Virus record (IMG/VR): IMGVR_UViG_3300032268_000832
Span: 62,001-126,000 of that record
DNA length: 64,000 nt
Strand: one strand, 5' to 3'
Made by a program: the position numbers and the translations under genes. The notes under the pieces were generated by a model that did not search any database, was not told the DNA's origin, and worked only from the letters and a program-made list of their open reading frames with translations. Of this stretch, positions 9,626 through 19,727 are shown piece after piece (the first letter of the stretch is position 1; each line of letters opens with the position of its first letter).

Positions 9626-10606
9626 TTAACTTAATTTATTTAACCAATATTCTATCATTTCATCTAACATACTTTCGAAAGTATATTTAGGTTGCCAACC
9701 CAATTTAGTTTTAGCTTTAGTTGCGTCACCTCTTAGATAATGTAATTCTTCAGCTCTTTCAAATTTTTTATCTGATTTAACATATTTTTCAGAATCTAAT
9801 TCTAATTTATTAAAAACATACTCAACTAAATCTTTAACTTTATTTGACATACCAGTCGCTAATACATAATCATCTGGTTTTTCTTGTTGTAACATTAACC
9901 ACATACCTTCAACATAGTCTTTAGCGTGACCCCAATCTCTCATAGCATCTAGATTACCCAGCACAAGCTCATTAGAGAGCCCTAGTTTAATCTTTACCGC
10001 TTCAAGTACTACTTTGTTAGTCACAAAATTTATCCCTCTTCTAGGGCTCTCGTGGTTAAATAAGATACCAGAACTTATAAACATATTGTAAGAGTTTCTA
10101 TAGTTATGGCAAAGACTGTGAGCGTAAAGTTTACTACAACCGTATGGTGATACTGGAATCATTTTAGTGGTTTCTCTTTGGAAATAATCTTGGTCTGATT
10201 GGTTTCCGAACATCTCAGAAGTTGCAGCGTGATATACTTTAGAATTAGGTGAAAATTTTCTTACAGCTTCTAAAACAGCTAAGGTTCCACCAGAATTAAC
10301 ATCTAGCGTATACTTTGGTAATTCAAAACTAATTTGGACATGACTTTGCGCCGCCAAATGATAAATTTCATCTGGTTTTAATTCATTTATAATAGACTCA
10401 ACACTTATTGGGTCTGTTAAATCCATATAATGTAATGTTATTTGGTTTGAGTCTCTTAAATGCTGTATTCTAGTAGTTTGAGATTCTGGTACTGAATTTC
10501 TTCTAATAGTACCATGTACCACATACCCCTTTTCTATCAATAATTCAGCAAGATAAGAAGCGTCTTGTCCATTGGCACCCAATATTAAAGCTATTTTATT
10601 TTTCAT
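9626..10606 (-). CDS. gmd: GDP-mannose 4,6-dehydratase
   Basis: GANGQDASYLA, HLAAQSHV, TSEMFG, PVSPYGCSK, NHESPRRG, RDWGHAKDYV. Confidence 0.95.
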   Translation of the reverse strand: MKNKIALILGANGQDASYLAELLIEKGYVVHGTIRRNSVPESQTTRIQHLRDSNQITLHYMDLTDPISVESIINELKPDEIYHLAAQSHVQISFELPKYTLDVNSGGTLAVLEAVRKFSPNSKVYHAATSEMFGNQSDQDYFQRETTKMIPVSPYGCSKLYAHSLCHNYRNSYNMFISSGILFNHESPRRGINFVTNKVVLEAVKIKLGLSNELVLGNLDAMRDWGHAKDYVEGMWLMLQQEKPDDYVLATGMSNKVKDLVEYVFNKLELDSEKYVKSDKKFERAEELHYLRGDATKAKTKLGWQPKYTFESMLDEMIEYWLNKLS

Positions 10607-11199
10607 TATAAATATTTTTCTTTAAACGCTTCTATTGAAATTAAATTTATTGCCTTTTCTCTATTTTTTTCTAAAAAACTATAATCATAACAATTTTCAC
10701 CATCATTAATTTTTAATAATTCTTGAGAACCCTTTTTAATAATACCACAACCTTCATCAGTGTTTACGGTAAATATTTCCAATTCTGGGTTTTCCATTCT
10801 TAATTGTACAATAGCTTTCCACACATCACCATGCCATGCATCACTCGCGCGCTCTCTTCTTTGAGTTATTTCGGTAACTGGATTACAATCGTGTACAACA
10901 ATAACACCATTGTCATTTAAAAATTCTAAGGAATTTGTTATGTCTCTATAAACTTGTTCATGTAAATGTAACCCATCAACAAAAACAATATCATATTTTT
11001 GAGAAACATGTTTTTCAAAAAAGTCATCCGAGGTCATTTTGTAAGTTGTATCCACATTTGGGTCGACACCGTGTTTAGTTGGAACGTTAACACCAACCCA
11101 ATTATACCCAGGTTGTGCTGGTGTGTTTACACCAATCTCTAAATAAGAAGTGTATTTATTTTTTTCAATTAATCCGTTTATTATTTCTGTTCTTGTCAT
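10606..11199 (-). CDS. Class I SAM-dependent methyltransferase (Methyltransf_24-like)
   Basis: YLEIGV, YDIVFVDGLH, VVHDCNP. Confidence 0.8.
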   Translation of the reverse strand: MTRTEIINGLIEKNKYTSYLEIGVNTPAQPGYNWVGVNVPTKHGVDPNVDTTYKMTSDDFFEKHVSQKYDIVFVDGLHLHEQVYRDITNSLEFLNDNGVIVVHDCNPVTEITQRRERASDAWHGDVWKAIVQLRMENPELEIFTVNTDEGCGIIKKGSQELLKINDGENCYDYSFLEKNREKAINLISIEAFKEKYL

Positions 11200-12035
11200 T
11201 TTATTAAATGTTTATATTTTTCTAAATTATTTTTAATGTATAACGGTAGATTGTCATTATCAATTGTTAATATATGATTTCTACCGAAAATGTCAATAGA
11301 GCTTTCCATTCTACTTGATATCCTTGATTTGATATCTTCTCTATTTAATTCTTGGTGACCATAAGATTCTATTTTATTTTTTATCATAGTTTCACCACCT
11401 TGAAAAGTAAAATGCCAACCAGCGTTTAAAACTTCTTCGTAAACATTTCTGTTTGGTGTTCTTATATGGTTAATACTGTAGTTTTTTAAATTAACATATT
11501 TTGTAGCTACGGTTCCAAACCAATATTCAGAAGAACGAATATTTAAAAAATATGTGTAGACTTTTTGGTTAAGTCTAAATATTTTACCCGATTCCATATC
11601 TAATTTTATTTCTGGTAACCAAATTTCATCTAAATCAGAAACATAAATAAAATCATTGTCAGAAGCTTCTCTTAAACCTTGTTTTATTTGTTCTTTTTGA
11701 TAAAATTCTCTTAACCAATGTACCTCATTTTTTGGTACATTAGGTGTAGTTAAACAATCATGATGAATAGATTTATCTAATTCATCACCACTTCTAGATA
11801 TTAATTCATCAAAAGAATCTGGCATATCATTAACTATAATATGGATTATTTTATCATTAAATTTTTCAAATCTAGCTTTATTTTCTAGGTAATATAAAGG
11901 TTTATCTTTACCAGTAAATGTTTTAGTCGCTTCAACTAAAACGAAATAGTCAACATAATCGTTAAGTATGTTTAGCCTAATTTCTAACAAATCCAATTCG
12001 TTAAAAAAAATAAATGTATCATAAATTTTTGCCAT
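11196..12035 (-). CDS. Glycosyltransferase family 17-like (GlcNAc transferase)
   Basis: IYDTFIFFNELDLLEIRL, FVLVEA..TFTG..KPL, RE.YQ, SDLDEI, AGWHFTF, KIESYGHQE. Confidence 0.85.
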   Translation of the reverse strand: MAKIYDTFIFFNELDLLEIRLNILNDYVDYFVLVEATKTFTGKDKPLYYLENKARFEKFNDKIIHIIVNDMPDSFDELISRSGDELDKSIHHDCLTTPNVPKNEVHWLREFYQKEQIKQGLREASDNDFIYVSDLDEIWLPEIKLDMESGKIFRLNQKVYTYFLNIRSSEYWFGTVATKYVNLKNYSINHIRTPNRNVYEEVLNAGWHFTFQGGETMIKNKIESYGHQELNREDIKSRISSRMESSIDIFGRNHILTIDNDNLPLYIKNNLEKYKHLIK

Positions 12036-12036
12036 A

Positions 12037-12741
12037 TTAAAATGATTTATGTATATAATAAGAGTTGTTTTTGATTATACCCCTATATTTTTTATTGGTA
12101 ATTAAATAATTGGTTAATCGATATTCAAACGAATTAACACCATATGATGGAAAATTATGTAATGGACTATCGTTGGTAAAATCGACCGACATACCTTTAT
12201 TTTTTGATATGAAGTAAACTTGGTCGCTAAAAATTTTAGATAGAAAAAAATCATCGTGTTTTTTATCTATTGTTGCCTCTTCATGTTTTATTGTTTCAGG
12301 TAAGAATTTTATGTTATCCCAAAATAATGTGGTTGATATTATATCATTGTCGTTATCAATGGTTTTTATTGATTTTTTAAAAAAACCACTTAAATCTTCT
12401 GAATAAATTTCACAATCAGGACCAACATAAAAAATATATTTCGTTTTACCTAAAAGTAACCCACAATAATGTTGTACTGAGTAATAATATGATTTTTCGT
12501 TTTGATTGATGTTTAAGTTAAAACACTCATTAATCTCATCCAAATATTGGTTAGTATAATAGAAATCAAAATGTTTATCAAATTTTTCTTTTAACAAATT
12601 AAATTTGTCTAAACTTTCTATATTATTTATTAATACTATTTTTTTAGTAATCAAATCATGAGAATAATTAAAAAACCAACCATCAAAATTTAAAACATGT
12701 TCAAAATCTTTTTCGTAAACAGTAGTAATTAAAGTAATCAT
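12037..12741 (-). CDS. Hypothetical, possibly divergent GT-A protein
   Basis: ITLITTVY start, KYIFYVGPDC; lies within GT operon. Confidence 0.45.
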   Translation of the reverse strand: MITLITTVYEKDFEHVLNFDGWFFNYSHDLITKKIVLINNIESLDKFNLLKEKFDKHFDFYYTNQYLDEINECFNLNINQNEKSYYYSVQHYCGLLLGKTKYIFYVGPDCEIYSEDLSGFFKKSIKTIDNDNDIISTTLFWDNIKFLPETIKHEEATIDKKHDDFFLSKIFSDQVYFISKNKGMSVDFTNDSPLHNFPSYGVNSFEYRLTNYLITNKKYRGIIKNNSYYIHKSF

Positions 12742-13646
12742 TGTATTTCTTTTTTACATGTTTCATAATCACTAACAACTCCATTAACATCAATATAATT
12801 CCATCTATCAACTAAAGATTCACCGCATGACCAATAACCAGCATTAAGTTTATGTGCAGCCCAATATTTTGGTGCTATAACATTTGGGTTATTTTGATTT
12901 GTCCAAACTGGCCACCAACTAAAACTTGATGCTGATATTATTATGTTTTTAGCGTTGTTTAATATTGCATAATCCAACCATATTGGTCCACCTAAATGAT
13001 GTGAAGCTTTGTTAGCATCTGTATAATTAGTAACGGACGAACCTATGATTTCAACTGATGGTAATATTTGTCTAGCTGTGTTGATGTCATCAGTAACGAT
13101 ATAAAAAACAATGTCTTTGTTTTTTTCTCTAAAATAATTCATTGCATTGGTGTAATAACTTGAATACAACATAGCGGAACTATTTCTAAAATCACCACCT
13201 CTGATATGTATAATACAAACATTATCATCATATTTTAAAATTTCACTAGGGTAAGATGTTTTAAAATAACTAACTATTTTATCCCTATCATTCTTAACAT
13301 ATTCAAAGGATTGCATCGTACCATCAATTTTAGTGTTATCAGGTATTGCTATTAAGTTATCATCTTTTGGTGAAATATCTAAACCACTAGTTTGATGTCT
13401 AATTAAATTTTCTTTGTAATAATTTACTATACCGTCAGGTAATGATGTTGGTGGACCGCCTTCTGGACCTGAGCCGTTAATAACCGTTTTACCAAAATCT
13501 AAATTAATAAATTCTTTACCTTTAAATTTGTTAGTTGACATAATACCAAAATCATAACCATTTTTTTCAGCTATTAACCTAGTTACCGTGTAACACCATA
13601 ATTGATTACCTAATCCTTGACCATCATATAGTTCTGTAATTATCAT
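12738..13646 (-). CDS. Alpha-1,2-fucosyltransferase-like (GT11)
   Basis: GQGLGNQL, IHIRGGDF, YY..A, TDD, SSFSWW. Confidence 0.85.
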   Translation of the reverse strand: MIITELYDGQGLGNQLWCYTVTRLIAEKNGYDFGIMSTNKFKGKEFINLDFGKTVINGSGPEGGPPTSLPDGIVNYYKENLIRHQTSGLDISPKDDNLIAIPDNTKIDGTMQSFEYVKNDRDKIVSYFKTSYPSEILKYDDNVCIIHIRGGDFRNSSAMLYSSYYTNAMNYFREKNKDIVFYIVTDDINTARQILPSVEIIGSSVTNYTDANKASHHLGGPIWLDYAILNNAKNIIISASSFSWWPVWTNQNNPNVIAPKYWAAHKLNAGYWSCGESLVDRWNYIDVNGVVSDYETCKKEIQ

Positions 13647-14632
13647 AATATTTTTTTAAGTTCGTTTGTTTTTTTGTCGTTATACTCTTTAGTTGTGAAA
13701 CCTAAGTAATTAGAACCAGATTTATAGTGAACAACAAAATAATCATCGCTACCAATAAAACCAATAAACCCAATATGTTTTGGGTTTGGTAAATCCACAC
13801 CATATTTGTCCAATATGTCAATAATCTTATTCACCTTACTTAAAATATACGAAGAGTAATCTAAAAAATCTGGTTCGTGTGGGAACGATTTGTTGTCAAA
13901 AACTTTATCACCACCTATGTGTGAAAAAGATAATAAATTATTATTTTGGTCTAACACCAAATTATAGTTTATATTCCCATTTAAAATGAAATGTATTTTT
14001 TTAGTAGACCCGTCATTTAAATAATCGTAAATACAATATTCTTCCATTATACTAGCGTCTAATTGGTTTTCAGCTAAAAAATGTCTGGTTTTTCCACCGA
14101 CATCTAAACCTATCTTACCAACATAATCACAATTCCAATCTAAATTTTTTAATTTTTCGTTTCTTTCAAAATTTAAACAAACTAAAGCGTTCCACATATA
14201 TTTTAAATTATTATTATCTCTATATTGTGGTATATAAGCAACGTCTTTATCTGCCATTAATTCTTCAAAATTAATATCTTGTATAAAAAACATATCTGAA
14301 TCTATGATACAAATTTTTGGTTCATCAGTTAAATAATGTTTAAATGTGTAGATAATAGGATAAGAAGTTCCGACGTTTGCGTTACTATATTGATTATTTG
14401 ATATATGACCCATTATTAATGACGATGCAATATTTTGGTCAATAACAATATCAACACATTTAACGTTTAGTTCTTCACATATTTTATGGATTTCATTATA
14501 TTGTTCAATAGAATCAATTGCGTTGTTAAAAACAACGTATTCATATTCACTTTTAACATGTTTTTTAATAGACTCAAATTGAAGTTTTATAAAATCTGGT
14601 CTTTTATGTGCATAAGTAAAAATATGTATCAT
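13643..14632 (-). CDS. GT-A fold glycosyltransferase-like protein
   Basis: RPDFIKLQ, VVFNN, IIDSDMF (DxD), LDVGG, HYKSGSNY. Confidence 0.6.
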   Translation of the reverse strand: MIHIFTYAHKRPDFIKLQFESIKKHVKSEYEYVVFNNAIDSIEQYNEIHKICEELNVKCVDIVIDQNIASSLIMGHISNNQYSNANVGTSYPIIYTFKHYLTDEPKICIIDSDMFFIQDINFEELMADKDVAYIPQYRDNNNLKYMWNALVCLNFERNEKLKNLDWNCDYVGKIGLDVGGKTRHFLAENQLDASIMEEYCIYDYLNDGSTKKIHFILNGNINYNLVLDQNNNLLSFSHIGGDKVFDNKSFPHEPDFLDYSSYILSKVNKIIDILDKYGVDLPNPKHIGFIGFIGSDDYFVVHYKSGSNYLGFTTKEYNDKKTNELKKIL

Positions 14633-15249
14633 AAACTTTTATTTTTTAATAATACGTCAGAACCAAAATCTCTTATTAGCTCCCAATTATCACCCATTAA
14701 ATTTAATAGGTTTTCTAATTTTAACTGACCTTCATAATATTCTTTATTTGAATATTCGGTATACAAATACCTAACTTTTGCGTTTAAAGTATTTAAACCA
14801 CCTAAAATTAAATTTTCTTCAGCTCCTTGTACATCAGCCCAAATAAAATCTATTAATTCAATGTTTTTATCTTCACAGAATTTATCTAAAGTAATTGATT
14901 CAACGGTAATTTGTTCGTCAAATTTAATAAAAGACCATTCATTTAAATGTTCTTTCGGTTTTTTAATACTTCCAGAGTAAGATAAATCATCTGGGTTATC
15001 AGTTCTAGAACGATTAAACGTTAATTGACCATTAACATCAGAGATAACACCTTCAAATAAATGATGTTTTGGGTAATTGATTCTTTCTTTAACTAATTTT
15101 ATGTTTTTTGGTTCTGGTTCGAAACAATAAATTTCTAAATCGTTAAAAGTGTTTATAAATTCTAGTGTGTCACCACCATCAGCACAACCTATTTCAAATA
15201 TAATAGGGTTTTCTTTGTTAATTAAATTTTTAATTTCTAATTTGTTCAT
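14629..15249 (-). CDS. FkbM-family methyltransferase
   Basis: IFEIGCADG, CFEP, ITLD, IDFIWADVQGAE, LYTEY. Confidence 0.88.
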   Translation of the reverse strand: MNKLEIKNLINKENPIIFEIGCADGGDTLEFINTFNDLEIYCFEPEPKNIKLVKERINYPKHHLFEGVISDVNGQLTFNRSRTDNPDDLSYSGSIKKPKEHLNEWSFIKFDEQITVESITLDKFCEDKNIELIDFIWADVQGAEENLILGGLNTLNAKVRYLYTEYSNKEYYEGQLKLENLLNLMGDNWELIRDFGSDVLLKNKSL

Positions 15250-15252
15250 AAT

Positions 15253-15876
15253 TTATTTTTTATATTTATGAAAACCAAAAGGTTCGGCAACATCTTCATC
15301 GCAATTTGTTTCATGACTGAACATAGCCGCAATTTCTGGTGTTGCAAATTTAACCCCATAGTTTTCTAATTCTCTTCGATAATAATTACATAAAACACCA
15401 TCTTCGTTATAGAAGCCAGTTCCATTATCGGTAAATGGTAAATTAAGTTCGTTTAAACAATTCATTAACTTTTTACTTCTTAGAGTAAAACCACCGTTAC
15501 CAACTCTAATATTCAGGTCTCCATTGAAATGAATATTTTTAGGCCACGGCGCGCCAATGTAATCATAATTTAAAAACTCATCAATCCATTTATGTGGTCT
15601 TAAAACATAACCATCGTATTGTACTAACATAGCATAATCTGTTTTTATGTACTTTGCTAAATCATATAAAATAAACTTACTATATTCATCAATATTTTTA
15701 AGTTTATCACATTTTTCAAACCTAATTCCATTTGGTAGGTTTTCAGGACATTCATCAGATATTAATATAACATCTCCAAATTCAATCCCAGTCATTGAAG
15801 AAGTTAAAGCAAAAATGGTTTCTTCTATTTTAACTGAAGAAACCGAAACTAAGGTTATATTTGGTAATTTAATCAT
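15253..15876 (-). CDS. DUF5672-like GT-A glycosyltransferase
   Basis: VQYDGYV, YDYIGAPW, VGNGGFTLRS, NED, PFGFH. Confidence 0.75.
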   Translation of the reverse strand: MIKLPNITLVSVSSVKIEETIFALTSSMTGIEFGDVILISDECPENLPNGIRFEKCDKLKNIDEYSKFILYDLAKYIKTDYAMLVQYDGYVLRPHKWIDEFLNYDYIGAPWPKNIHFNGDLNIRVGNGGFTLRSKKLMNCLNELNLPFTDNGTGFYNEDGVLCNYYRRELENYGVKFATPEIAAMFSHETNCDEDVAEPFGFHKYKK

Positions 15877-16564
15877 TAAATTTTTGTTTTATATATTCTA
15901 ATTCTTTTATTTCTATTTCACGATTCACTATTGAATTTGTGACTTGATGTTCTCCTATTCTATTAACAACAGTGACAGCATTAAGTATTTTTGGAGACCC
16001 AAATTTTAGATAACACCTCTTATAATAATCACAATCCATTAACCATATCAATTTTTCATCAAAAAATAATGGGTTGTCATTTAATATCGTCAAAACCGAA
16101 GGTGAACTTATAGTGTTCAACCCTAAATGGATGTTATCGTTATAATGTGGTTTAAAATCTCTAATAAATGTTTGACCGTCAGTTGAATGTTCACATCTAC
16201 TCACTAACCACGTGTCTTTTTCTATGTTAAAATTTGAAACAGTAATTTCTAGGCTATCTTCATTAAACAAAAAATCATCTTGAAACAATACTTTTATTAG
16301 TTTACCAGATGCGTGTTTTATAGCGTTATTTATGTTGGCTGAAGAACTACCTAAATTATCTAAATTTTTAACATATTTTATTTTTATTAAATCACTATAT
16401 TTTTCACAAATTTCTTTTATACCATCGTTTGACGAATGGTCTGATATCACAACTTCAAAATCTTTAAAAGTTTGTTTACTTAAAATATTAAAACTATGGT
16501 CTAAAAATATCGTGCCAATATTTTTCATTTCGTATGTCGGTATACATATGCTTAAATAACTCAT
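15869..16564 (-). CDS. Glycosyltransferase family 2
   Basis: SICIPTYE, QTFKDFEVVISD, N.AIK.ASG, FQDD; start moved to ATG 16564. Confidence 0.85.
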   Translation of the reverse strand: MSYLSICIPTYEMKNIGTIFLDHSFNILSKQTFKDFEVVISDHSSNDGIKEICEKYSDLIKIKYVKNLDNLGSSSANINNAIKHASGKLIKVLFQDDFLFNEDSLEITVSNFNIEKDTWLVSRCEHSTDGQTFIRDFKPHYNDNIHLGLNTISSPSVLTILNDNPLFFDEKLIWLMDCDYYKRCYLKFGSPKILNAVTVVNRIGEHQVTNSIVNREIEIKELEYIKQKFND

Positions 16565-16567
16565 AGA

Positions 16568-16598
16568 CAAATATAGCGTAAAAAAATTTATTTGTCAA
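16568..16598 (-). promoter_or_regulatory. Bacteroidota sigmaA-type promoter TTG-N20-TATATTTG
   Basis: Matches -33/-7 consensus; ends 3 nt before ATG 16564. Confidence 0.6.
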
Positions 16599-17337
16599 GT
16601 ATTATCCAATCATTAGGGTAGATATCTTGAATATCTTTAGGGCCCGTTAAACCAAACCAATTTTTTGGTGCGATTACTCTCTTGTTTTCATTTTTATTTA
16701 AATAAGCTCCCCACCAACTAAAACTACTATTGGCTATTATATTATTATCACATAAACTCATTAAAGCCATATCTAAGGTTTCATCGTAGTTATTTGAATA
16801 TAATATGTTATCACCTTTGAAGTTATCTTTAACCCAATCCATATCATCTGAGAAAAAAATAAAATTACCACCTAACATTTCCATTGCGGTTAAATAATAT
16901 TCCACACTTAAAACGTTATGATAGTTTTGTAACTTTAAATAATCACCTCTTCTAACATGCACTGATGTTAAATTGTTAATTGGTATTTCTATTTTATCTG
17001 TGGGTAACTGAAATAAATCGATTATTTCTTTTTTGTAATCTGAAAAATATTTTTCAGACTGAAAATAACCGTTTAAGTGTAAATTATCTTCATATTTTAT
17101 TTCATCAAAAGAAAATTTAGGTTCATTGTATATTTTTTCAATGTTTAAATTTTTAGTGTTACATAACTTAGAAAACAAAGTGTCTGAATACATATTCGCT
17201 TCATTCCCTTGTAATGGTGTGTAACAAGTAGATAAATTAAAACACGCTAAATCATTGTTTCTTAATGCCAACGCATGCGCAGCTGATATTTGAAACATTT
17301 GATTTCCTAATCCTCCTTGTAATTTACAACTTATCAT
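16588..17337 (-). CDS. Alpha-1,2-fucosyltransferase (GT11)
   Basis: GGLGNQMFQ, GYFQSEKYF, SVHVRRGDY, FSDD, IANSSFSWWGAYL. Confidence 0.9.
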   Translation of the reverse strand: MISCKLQGGLGNQMFQISAAHALALRNNDLACFNLSTCYTPLQGNEANMYSDTLFSKLCNTKNLNIEKIYNEPKFSFDEIKYEDNLHLNGYFQSEKYFSDYKKEIIDLFQLPTDKIEIPINNLTSVHVRRGDYLKLQNYHNVLSVEYYLTAMEMLGGNFIFFSDDMDWVKDNFKGDNILYSNNYDETLDMALMSLCDNNIIANSSFSWWGAYLNKNENKRVIAPKNWFGLTGPKDIQDIYPNDWIILDK

Positions 17338-18037
17338 AAGGTTTTTTACTTCTTATTTTGTCAGCTATCACGTTTACTATGTCCATATTAACTTTGTGGT
17401 CATTTAATGGATTTTCACCATTGTAAACGTAATTTATTTTATCCATAAAAACATAGTGTTCATCACCAGACATTTCTAACATTGGAAACATGAAAGCAAC
17501 GTCACCACTAACTTTCCAAAATACACCATCCTCGTCTTTAAGGTCTTCTTGTTTTATTTTTCTCCATAAAAATGCTCTCCAAGTTCTTATGTGTGATGCT
17601 GTAAATCTTTCGAACCTTAGATTTGAAATATTTTTTTGTCTACTTGAAAAACCTAAACTTCCATCAGAATACCTAAAACTACCATTCGCTATCCAAACAT
17701 TATCATCTGAATAAACTTCATTGATTCTTTCAAGTGTTTTACCGTCTGGTAACCAATCATCACCATCTATTTCAACCACAACTTCATTATCATCTATATC
17801 GGGATTATTTCTAATTACTTGGTCGTAATTACCAGGTTGGTATAATTTTTCAGTATTTTCAATCAATATAAATCTATCATCACCCTTAATCATCTCTTTA
17901 ACAACATTTTTAGAATTGTCCGTAGATAAATCATCAGTTATGTAGCATTTAAAATTGGTGTACGTTTGTCCCATTATTGAAGCTAAACATTGTTCAATAT
18001 ATGGTTCACAATTATATAATGTTGTTACTATTATCAT
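17324..18037 (-). CDS. Glycosyltransferase family 2
   Basis: YNCEPYIEQCLASI..QT, DDLSTD, IDGDDW. Confidence 0.88.
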   Translation of the reverse strand: MIIVTTLYNCEPYIEQCLASIMGQTYTNFKCYITDDLSTDNSKNVVKEMIKGDDRFILIENTEKLYQPGNYDQVIRNNPDIDDNEVVVEIDGDDWLPDGKTLERINEVYSDDNVWIANGSFRYSDGSLGFSSRQKNISNLRFERFTASHIRTWRAFLWRKIKQEDLKDEDGVFWKVSGDVAFMFPMLEMSGDEHYVFMDKINYVYNGENPLNDHKVNMDIVNVIADKIRSKKPYDKL

Positions 18038-18039
18038 TT

Positions 18040-18783
18040 TTAAAACGCTTTAATTCTTTTATTTAAATAAGAACGATAATCTTCTTCTTGTTCTTTTTCA
18101 CTTATTAAATAATACAAACCGAAACCATGTTGTTTGTTAAAACTACTAAGACGTTCAGCTCTTATTTTTTGTTTGTATTTATGGTCTTCCATACCTAAAA
18201 ATTTATAATGAAGCATTTTTAAACCATTATGTTGATGAACAACAATATCACCTTCTGGTCTAGCGCTATGACAACCAAAATTATAATTGATGTTTGATAT
18301 TTTATTACAATCAAACATCATTGGTTTGTCTAGCACAGGTGTTCTAACACCTTCTTTAACTTTTTCAAGTAAATTTAATTCTGGTGAAACAATGAAATCT
18401 TCGTCTGCAACCATATGGTAACCTTCTGGTACAAAAAAAGTGATATTTTTTTCTTTTGATTCTTTTAAAAACTCAACCATGTTTTCATGATATAAAAATT
18501 CATCAGTATCACCTAAAATAACATAATCAGCAACACCAACGCTAGACTTCCAAACATGGTTTTTTAATTTAACATGTAACCCATCGTGAAACTCACCTTT
18601 TGAATCGAATGGGATTATATCTGTATTTGAAAAAGATTTAACTATTTCAACACTGTTATCTGTTGAATTGTTATCTAAAATAGTTACTTGTTCGCAAAAT
18701 GACAAATAATGTTTTAATAAATGTGGTAATATGTTAGCCTCGTTGTAACATAAGAAAAAAGCGTGTACTATAGGTTTTTTCAT
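18040..18783 (-). CDS. GT2-like glycosyltransferase (Glyco_tranf_2_4 type)
   Basis: YNEANILPHLLKHY, DNNSTD, GDTDEF, GCH, LHYK. Confidence 0.8.
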   Translation of the reverse strand: MKKPIVHAFFLCYNEANILPHLLKHYLSFCEQVTILDNNSTDNSVEIVKSFSNTDIIPFDSKGEFHDGLHVKLKNHVWKSSVGVADYVILGDTDEFLYHENMVEFLKESKEKNITFFVPEGYHMVADEDFIVSPELNLLEKVKEGVRTPVLDKPMMFDCNKISNINYNFGCHSARPEGDIVVHQHNGLKMLHYKFLGMEDHKYKQKIRAERLSSFNKQHGFGLYYLISEKEQEEDYRSYLNKRIKAF

Positions 18784-19727
18784 TTTTTTAATTTTTTTTC
18801 ATATTTTTTATCTAATTCTTCTACTTTATGTTGTTCTAAAATATCCTTACCATTTATAACAACATCAGATTTAAATTTAATAATATAAAAACCATTAAAC
18901 TCCACAATTTTATCAAATTTAATATTTTCATATCGATACAATAAAAAATCTTCAGAACCGATTGTTTTAAAAGTTAAAAATTCAACAGCTTCAAAATCTA
19001 AAAAAGTACTATGTTTACCGTTAATAACTTTTTTTATTGCTGATAAAAGTAAATTAGTTGTTTTGTTGTATTCGTCTGGGTAACTACTAATATAGAACTC
19101 CAACATTTTTTCTTTTTTATTTATTTTTCTAACATTTAATTTTTTTGTGTAATTTTCAATTAAAAAATTTGGGTAATCGATTCTTTCTATTTTTATAGGT
19201 CTATCACCTTTTTGTGTTGCCATGTGTTCTGTAGCACCTATAGTAGCATGGGAAACGCTGATTAAATTCCCATCATCATCATAATTTTCTAAAACACTAT
19301 CTAATATAGATAATTCTTCATTACCCATAACGTCAGTAGTGTTTAAAGCAATTTCTGTGTTGTCTAAAACCATTTCTAATTTATAATCATCGTAATCGTC
19401 AACTTTTATTTTTTTAAGACCTAATTTTGGATTTTTTTTCGTTGTTTTAACAATTGGCATCCCGTCTTCATCATAACCAATAATTGTCGATTTAACACCT
19501 TCAGTCGCTTTAAGGATTTTATATGTTCTCCATTTTAGATTTAAAACTTCTTGTGTAACAATATTATTTTTCAACGAATGTAAAAGTGTTCCAGTGTCTT
19601 TTTCACTAATAACATTTATATTCTCTTCTAATGAGTTTTTACTTGATAAAATATTTTTTTCTACACCATAAAAACTCATTAATAGCCCCACTATTTTATT
19701 TTTTACCCAATTTATCATATTAATCAT
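18780..19727 (-). CDS. Hypothetical protein
   Basis: 315 aa ORF overlapping both neighbours. Confidence 0.6.
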   Translation of the reverse strand: MINMINWVKNKIVGLLMSFYGVEKNILSSKNSLEENINVISEKDTGTLLHSLKNNIVTQEVLNLKWRTYKILKATEGVKSTIIGYDEDGMPIVKTTKKNPKLGLKKIKVDDYDDYKLEMVLDNTEIALNTTDVMGNEELSILDSVLENYDDDGNLISVSHATIGATEHMATQKGDRPIKIERIDYPNFLIENYTKKLNVRKINKKEKMLEFYISSYPDEYNKTTNLLLSAIKKVINGKHSTFLDFEAVEFLTFKTIGSEDFLLYRYENIKFDKIVEFNGFYIIKFKSDVVINGKDILEQHKVEELDKKYEKKLKK

